From: Octopus vulgaris
Taxonomy: Eukaryota
Direction: 5' to 3'
Length of the DNA: 64,000 bases
Assembly (NCBI GenBank): GCA_951406725.2
Contig: OX597824.1
Span: 81,716,001 to 81,780,000 of the forward strand
The stretch's first letter is position 1. The number at the start of each line of letters is the position of its first letter. The notes beneath the pieces are model-generated. The model saw only the letters and a program-made list of their open reading frames with translations, was not told the origin of the DNA and did not search any database. Positions 55,510 to 64,000 of this stretch are shown here, in pieces. Position numbers and translations under genes: made by a program.

Positions 55510-56130
55510 TTATTTGTTTCAGTCATTAGATTGCGGCCATGCTGGTGCACCTCTTTCAGGAACTGCAGTCGAACTAATCGACCCAAGTACTTATTTATTT
55601 AAAAGCTTGGTACTTATTCTATCCTGTTTTTTTGGGGTTTTTTGCCGCACAGCTAAGTTACGGGGAATGCAAACACACTAATAACGATTGTCAAGCGTTG
55701 CTGGAGGACAAACAAACATGAATTCCATCGACCCAAGTGCTCAAATGGTACTTATTTTATGAACCATCAAAAATGAATACGAAGTCGACCCTCGGCGGAA
55801 TTTGAACTCAGACGTAAAGACGGGCAAAATACCGCTAAGCTTTTTGTCCGATGTGATAACAATTCTGCCAGCTCAAAAAAATGGCTGAAGGAGATTGAAA
55901 CTGAATGCTCGGTAGAGATCGTCTATGGAAATTTGTCTCTTATGGAATGTAAGGATTATCAGGAGTTATCTAAGCGCTCGAATGACTGCGGAATACAGTC
56001 GACTTCGGTGCAATTTGGATTAAGAACGTAGCGATCTCGGCACAATTTTTAACTCAGAAGGCAATGGCGGACAAAATACCGCCAAGCGTTCCGTCCATCT
56101 TGCTAACGATTCTGCAAGGTCGCCGCCTTG
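55510..56130 (-). mobile_element. SINE C fragment followed by SINE B fragments
   Basis: C tail ttgtttcagtcattagattgcggccatgctgg; B cores at about 55720-55875 and 55995-56130. Confidence 0.75.
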
Positions 56131-56143
56131 ATAATAATAGTAG

Positions 56144-56193
<50 letters not shown>

Positions 56194-56196
56194 ATG

Positions 56197-56925
56197 AAGA
56201 GGAGGAGGAGGAGGAAGAGGAGGAGGAGGAGGAGGAGGAGGAGAGGAGGAAGAGGAGGAAGAGGAGGAAGAGGAGGAAGAGGAGGAAGAGGAGGAAGAGG
56301 AGGAAGAGGAGGAAGAGGAGGAAGAAGAGGAAGAGGAGGAAGAGGAGGAAGAAGAGGAAGATGATGATGAGGAGGAAGAGGAGGAAGAGGAGGAAGAGGA
56401 GGAAGGGGAGGAAGAGGAGGAAGAGGAGGAAGTGGAGGAAGAGGAGGAAGTGGAGGAAGAAGGGGAAGAGGAGGAAGAGGAGGAAGTGGAGGAAGAGGAG
56501 GAAGTGGAGGAAGAAGGGGAAGAGGAGGAAGAAGAGGAAGATGATGATGAGGAGGAAGAGGAGGAAGAGGAGGAAGAGGAAGATGATGATGAGGAGGAGG
56601 AAGAGGAGGAAGAGGAGGAAGAGGAGGAAGAGGAGGAAGGGGAAGAGGAAGATGATGATGAGGAGGAAGAGGAGGAAGAGGAGGAAGAGGAGGAAGGGGA
56701 GGAAGAGGAGGAAGGGGAAGAGGAAGATGATGATGAGGAGGAAGAGGAGGAAGAGGAGGAAGAGGAGGAAGGGGAAGAGGAGGAAGAGGAGGAAGAAGGT
56801 TAAGAGGAAGATGATGAGGAGGAGGAAGAAGGGGAAGAGGAGGAAGAGGAGGAAGAGGAGGATGAGGATGATGATGATGATGATGACGATGATGATGATG
56901 AGGAGGAGGAGGAGGGGAGGAGGAG
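56197..56925. repeat. Polypurine (GAGGAAGAG)n / (GGA)n tract
   Basis: About 730 bp that is almost entirely purine on the + strand. Confidence 0.97.
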
Positions 56926-57184
56926 TAATTTCTGATGATAAACAACGAATTTATAATTGGGAAAAAATTTGAAAATTTGGCAGCCGGAATGTAGGGATTG
57001 CTGTGAGTCATATTCGTTAACTTTGATACCTGTATCATGGCCAAAATAAAGACACACAATTCATGAACAATATGGAAGGACGATCGAGTGGGTCTCAATC
57101 CATTCAATCCAGAGGACAGTTGCACGATAACGCTGCATACAAATCTTCAGTAATTTCATGTTAGTTGGTATGATCAAATATTCA

Positions 57185-57540
57185 TTTTATTTATTTTATT
57201 TTATCTAGTTTCAGCTCACGAGCTGTGGCCATGCTGGGGCACCGCCATTTGGTGTTGCTACATGGTTTTACTTCACGAATGCTTTTTAGCAACTGACCAT
57301 TTGGTGCATGAGAGAGTTCGATGCAGCTGCCCTCATCTGCACCTCCTGCCGTGAAGTTGGTTCATCTGGGATACCCGACAAGAAGAGATCAAGTTTCATT
57401 TTAAAGACATCTGCATCCACCCCATGCAGGTCTCTTAGGTTCTTCGGGAGGATATTGAAGAGCTGTGGGCCTCGGAAGCCAAGGCTATCACAGTATCTTG
57501 TCCTACATCTTGATGGCAAATTTGGAGTCCTTGGCACTCC
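57185..57540 (-). mobile_element. CR1/L2-group LINE 3' end
   Basis: ORF 57286-57564 ends SLGFRGPQLFNILPKNLRDLHGVDADVFKMKLDLFLSGIPDEPT...RAAASNSLMHQ. 3' UTR ends ggcggtgccccagcatggccacagctcgtgagctgaaactag+(ATAAA)n. Confidence 0.8.
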
Positions 57541-57949
57541 CGATCCCGTAACTCTCGATGCCAAAGTTTAGTATTAGTATTAGTATTCATAAAGATTATT
57601 TATTATTCATTAATAGTTAGCATCTTGTGTGTTTTTATATGTTTTCTATGAGAATGTATTTGTTTTCTCGTGTAATAATCGTTTCATAGTTTTTCTGGAG
57701 AAGTGCGCAAAATAAATCACATAGATGTATTTGCAATATCATATACATACGTATGAATAGATATACAGATAGATAGATAGATAGAGAGAGGGAGAAAGAG
57801 AGAGGGGGAGGGAGAGGGGGGAGACAGGTGTGGGGGGAGAGAGAGAGATAAATGTAACGTAATTAGAGACAATTGAAAGTGATAACAATAAAATAAAAAA
57901 GAAATATGATCACATACGAAAGAGGCGTAAGTCGTCATTACGATGTCGT

Positions 57950-58067
<118 letters not shown>

Positions 58068-58125
58068 ATATATATTATATGTATATGTGTGTGTGTGTGT
58101 GTGTGCATAGATACATATATATACA

Positions 58126-58189
<64 letters not shown>

Positions 58190-58289
58190 TATATATTAAA
58201 TTAGTTATGTATCTATCTCATGCACACATACGCACGTACTCGCACACACACATACATAAATATTTGTTTATGCATATTTATATACATAA

Positions 58290-58320
<31 letters not shown>

Positions 58321-58830
58321 AGCATAATCTACATACCATCTATCTATCTATATACATACATATATATATATGTATATGTTTTTACTTATATACATATATC
58401 GAGCGCGAGGAGTGTGTGTCCGTGTGTTAGGCACGCGGCCGAGGCGACAGCGGTCTATATATTTGCTCATACACATATACAGACCACCACACATACACGC
58501 ACGTGTTTATGTGCATATATATGTATGTGTGTGTGTGTGTGTTTGTGTGTGTGTGTTTGTGTGAGTGAGTGTGTGTGCATGTGCGTGTGTGTGCGTGTGT
58601 ACACATACATGTACGTATGCATGTATGTCTACTCAAATAAAACACGTTTATATACGTAATGATAAACATAAACATATACATATACATATATATATAAATA
58701 TATATATATATAAACATTTGCGTTGCAAGAGATGCGTTCTTTAATTCCGTCCCCCGAGTTCATTGTTCGTTTTCCAACCCAGATTGATATCGCGACCCTA
58801 TCTATCTATATATCTATCTATCTATCTATC

Positions 58831-58894
<64 letters not shown>

Positions 58895-58916
58895 TGTATA
58901 TATGTATGTATGTTGA

Positions 58917-58985
<69 letters not shown>

Positions 58986-59478
58986 TTATATACATACTCA
59001 CTTATCATACATATGCACACGCTCACATACGCACTCGCCTAAAATTTAAGGAAAAGCACCATTAAACATATACGTTAGGAAGCGATGACACTTAGAGACG
59101 GAAAACTGATAACGAATCCTACTTGTTGGTGATATGAACCACGCATCGCTTTCTTCGCAGTTTTTGATGTCGAAATTGTTGTTTACTAATATCCTGTCTC
59201 TGTAATATAAATATGTTTCCGGTTGTTTATGTATAATGTTGTATGTTCTTTCTGGGTCTCATTTTGTGTGGGTTTCGATTCTTGGTTTATCTTCTGTGTT
59301 TGCAGTATATTGAAATATTTTATTCTTTGTTGACCAGTTTAATGTCGTATCTATTCCAAACACCATTCTTATTTCTTTATGGTTATATAATACCAACGCA
59401 AATTTATACCAACATGTTTACTAGCAAACTTCTAACGATATTTATTCAAAATTTTCTTTCTTATTGAACTTTCCTCCG

Positions 59479-59511
59479 TTTCTGAAGAAGAGCTTTGATC
59501 GAAACGTAAAA
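59479..59511 (+). ncRNA. Minimal type I hammerhead-ribozyme-like motif
   Basis: ttt-CTGAAGA-a-gagc-ttt-gatc-GAAA-CG-TA-aaa: CUGANGA and GAAA cores, stem II with one mismatch, palindromic ACGT stem III, and a 3-bp stem I. Confidence 0.5.
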
Positions 59512-59797
59512 TCACCTTTCTTTCCTTCTTCCCTGAGCGTCCTCACGTTGTTGCGTTTTTTGTGTTAGTTCTACGTTTGTCTTTTTATTATATATATATA
59601 TATATATAAAACATAAAATACAAAAATGGGACAAGAACGCAAAACATTCGGAGAACTAGGTGATACAAAAAGGGACAACAAAACATCCAGACAGACGATA
59701 CAAAGAAAACAAGGACGGGTCATTCGACGCCTTTTATTCTCAGTGAAGAACCGGATCATCCTCGCAATTTCGGCTGATTAATCTTGAGATTGCTCCA

Positions 59798-59850
<53 letters not shown>

Positions 59851-60329
59851 CATTAACTACGAAATTTAAAATAATTATGCGGTGAGGAAAAGGCAACGCT
59901 AGTTTCTTGACTGTTATTTGAGCAAGAGTGGTTTCTGTTAATTGTCACATTTGTGTTTCTAATAGGGATTTCAATAAAAATTTACGTTATGTTTGCACTA
60001 CCTTAACTGCTGTTTTTTTTATTTCTTTTTTTTACGAATGCAAATGGCGCCTCTGAGTAAGTAACTTTAGTGGTTTGTGTTTGTAAACATGTCCCAGTTA
60101 CTTCTGATCTTGTTTTTGTTTTTCACTTTTCTTCACTTATGTTACGAATAAATATTTGCACGAGTTTCAACCCGGATGTATGATCTGGTTTTCATATTCC
60201 ACATACTTTTACAGACATTGACACACACACACACACACATACAGACATTCACACACTCACACACGCATGCACGCATACACACACATATAGATGCACACAC
60301 ACGTGTATATGTTTGTAAACATATATATA

Positions 60330-60410
<81 letters not shown>

Positions 60411-60554
60411 AGAAAGGTTGAGCTCAGTTTCATCTTTTTACTTTCGGGTGGGGGTCCAATGTTATATCATATATATATATATATATATATTTATATTACG
60501 TCAGATATATAGATAAGCAGATAGACAGGCAGATAGATAAACAGACAGACAGAC

Positions 60555-60632
<78 letters not shown>

Positions 60633-61052
60633 GGAGATAGGAATTGACCTCGTTCAAAAATTTCAACCATGAGTGCTCATACATCACCAGGTTCATTCCA
60701 CAGAAGTCATTACGTGTTTTTCGATGATGGATGTAAATCGTCACGCTGTTTAACACGACTAATTTTGTCTTTCAATGTTGCAATTATTGAGACCAAATTT
60801 GGAGGGGTAACTCCATTTTACTTCTTAGTTGTGACGTAGATCCTGAAGAGAGAACAATGTTGCTGAATTGGACTCCGTAAACTATTTCGTGTGATACGAT
60901 TTTTCCTGCGTTTCTATGAATATTGTTATATAAAATATTGCAATTTTTTAATATTTTATTATCATTGGAACCGAAGTAATAACTCAAATTCCAAGAAATA
61001 GCCGTGAAACTATTCCTGCTAGCCATAAATATGTAAGGATGTATTGAACAAT

Positions 61053-61380
61053 ATTCTTTTTTAATCTAGGCACAAGGCCCGAAAATTTTGGTGTGGGAGC
61101 CAGTCGATTATATCTCACCTCAGTACGCAACTAGTACTTAATTTATCGACCCCGAAAGGATGAAAGGCAAAGTCAACCTCGGCGGAAGGATGAAATGTCG
61201 CTAAGCATCTTACTCGGCGTTCAAACGATTCAGCCAGCTCCCAACCCAAAATATTCTCTTCTGCTCTAGGCATAAGGCCCGAAATTCTGAGGGTGGAGTC
61301 CAACCGATGAGATCGACCCCATTACGCAACTGGTATTTAATTTGTCGGCCCCGAAAGAATGAAAAGCAAAGTCGCCTTGA
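61053..61380 (-). mobile_element. Two SINE B2 copies
   Basis: ctaggcaYaaggcccgaaa tails and B cores. Confidence 0.8.
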
Positions 61381-61401
61381 CAAGTTGGATAATATTGTTC
61401 C

Positions 61402-61480
<79 letters not shown>

Positions 61481-62126
61481 ATCTATCTCTCTAGCTATCT
61501 ACCCGTCTCCTTTTCTTTCTACGTATTTATATATATATTTATTCATCTGTGATGGGGGGTAGTCGATTTTTGGAACGAAGAAGCAATGCTTCCATGGATT
61601 TTCCAAATTGCTGACGCTGTCTCTCTGTTGTCCAAGTTCAAAATGTGCAAAACCGGATAAGTTACAGCAAGCTTTCCCGCCCCGATGCTGAAATACTAGA
61701 CCCGATCCATCGTTCTAAATTTCTGATAACTTGAAGACTCTAACAGGATAAAAGGCAACATTGACCTCCCAGGATTTGAACTCAAAGCTTGAATTTTCAA
61801 AACATTGCATCAGACGTTCTCTTGACTCGCTGGAAGGAAGAGAGTTAAGGATGTGTTGGTCCTTGATGTATATCTTTTAACATATGTTTGTTTAACTAGA
61901 GTTTACGCTGACAAGGAGCAAAACAACTACGGCAGTAGCAATACCATCAGCAGCATCAGCCGCAGCAGCAGCAGCAAGAACAGCAGTTCCAGCACTCACA
62001 ACACCAGCAACAAAAGCTGCAGCAGCTGCAGTTGTGGTTTGGGAGTTACATGCACTATTAATTTTTACTACTTTTGTACTAAAACAATAACACTTATGTA
62101 TTTTGTTTTGTTTTTGTTTAAATGCA

Positions 62127-62354
62127 CGTATGTATGTATGTATGTATGTATGTGTTTGTATGTATGCATGTATGTATGTATGCATGTATGTATGTATGTA
62201 TGTATGTATGTATGTATGTATGTATGTATGTATGTATGTATGCATGCATGCATGTATGTATGTATGTATGTATGAATATATGTGTGTATGTATGTATGTA
62301 TGTATGTATGTGTGTATGTATGTATGTATGTATGTATGTATGCATGTATGTATG

Positions 62355-62388
<34 letters not shown>

Positions 62389-62711
62389 TATATGTATGAA
62401 AGTATGTATGTATGCATGTATGTATGTATATATGTATGTATGTATGTATGCATGTATGCATGTTTTTATGAATGTATGTATGCATGTATGTATGTATGTA
62501 TATATGTATGAATGTATGTATGTATGAATGTGTGTATGTATGTATGCATGAATGCATGCATGCATGCATGCATGTATGTATGTATATATGTATGTATGCA
62601 TGTATGCATGTATGTATGTATGTATGCATGCATGTATGTATGTATGTATGTATGTATGAATGTATGCATGCATGTATGTAGGTAGGTATGTATGTATGTA
62701 TATATATTGAA

Positions 62712-62776
<65 letters not shown>

Positions 62777-62803
62777 AGAGAGAGAGAGAGAGAGATGGTC
62801 ATA

Positions 62804-62856
<53 letters not shown>

Positions 62857-62937
62857 ACATAGGTACAGGGATACATGAATATGTATATATAAATACATAA
62901 GTAGATATATGTATACATATATATCTATATATCTATA

Positions 62938-62991
<54 letters not shown>

Positions 62992-63000
62992 TATTTACAT
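62127..63000. repeat. (ATGT)n/(ATGC)n and (AT)n microsatellite field
   Basis: Read directly from the sequence. Confidence 0.97.
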
Positions 63001-63245
63001 ATATCGCTATTTCGTCATGCGGGATAGTAAAAAAGAAAAATAATATAACGACGCAAAGATACAGCGAATATTACCGTGTCAATACCGTACAGGGCATATA
63101 GAATTACGTTGTTATACGAGATACGACGTCGTAAATATATACCGGGTAAATGATGTCAGAGTTACATTTGCACATGTATGTATGTGTAAGCGTACATATT
63201 TACGCATGTGTGTGTATGTGTGAATCTGTGCGTGCGTCTCTTGTA

Positions 63246-63280
<35 letters not shown>

Positions 63281-63578
63281 CTACATAAATACTTATATGG
63301 GAATTTGACGTCAGTTCCTTATAAGTGAATGTACCATTACAAAGAGGGTAATACGACATGCGAAGCTTAATGGGGTCTACTACTAACCTAGATAGAAGCA
63401 TCAAACAGCCTCCTAAAAATAGCAGTCATCTACTTTCCACTTACATCCTATTGGACAACAAAAGGCGAAATGGTAACGACTGGAAACGCACTTAACGCCA
63501 GATCTGCTCTTTTCAGTGATGACCTGGAGCTAAAGACGAACGTCGACAATAACACTTATTGTGCTACCTCTTCTTATA

Positions 63579-63768
<190 letters not shown>

Positions 63769-63773
63769 TTCTC

Positions 63774-63812
<39 letters not shown>

Positions 63813-64000
63813 ACATATATCAATCTATGTTACTGTCTGTCGATCGATCAATCTGTCTGTCTTCTTGTCCATCTATACACACACAAACATACACACACAT
63901 TCACACACACAAGCACTCAGACACATGTATATATAAAGATAATCTGAAACTCGACTGAGGATAGAAACCTCTGAATGACCCGTCCTTGTTTTCTTTGTAT

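Noticed and set aside
56064-56972. 302-aa Arg/Lys-rich ORF resembling a protamine
   Set aside because: It starts in a SINE B remnant and is a translation of the purine repeat; the other frames give poly-Glu or Pro/Leu equally well.
63380-63555. Further old SINE-like fragments (also about 3900-4050, 17480-17550 and 42500-42680)
   Set aside because: They are too degenerate to delimit or classify by eye.
63950-64000. CTGAGGA motif as a hammerhead core (related minus-strand copy at about 59700-59760)
   Set aside because: There is no GAAA or convincing stem II and stem III. It is only a two-copy dispersed repeat.

Overview
AT-rich, repeat-saturated eukaryotic DNA. The SINE types, the Dong/R4 LINE and the density of (AT)n/(AAT)n/(ACT)n/(ATC)n/(AGAT)n/(ACAT)n arrays suggest a cephalopod, probably Octopus (inference, not a database result). 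I found no intact host protein-coding exon, rRNA, true tRNA or CRISPR array, and nearly all ORF-track entries are translations of microsatellites or SINEs. Real coding remnants are: a dead Helitron (about 24448-30145) that lost its Rep nuclease core and whose coding region is split by four SINEs with readable TSDs; an R4/Dong RT element (32920-35047); a separate R4/Dong endonuclease 3' end (46151-46580); CR1-group LINE 3' ends; and mariner, pogo/Tigger and hAT remnants. At least five tRNA-type SINE families are present (labels A-E are mine). The main leads are: a double-CCAAT module with an exact 31-bp spacing found three times, two of them inside a duplicated non-TE block; minimal hammerhead-ribozyme motifs in Penelope-like termini; one SINE head carrying four interchangeable 3' tails; SINE/LINE shared tails with a covarying hairpin; and head-to-tail SINE multimers with a recurring RGTAT-like junction. 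Coordinates were read by eye and may be off by a few bases.
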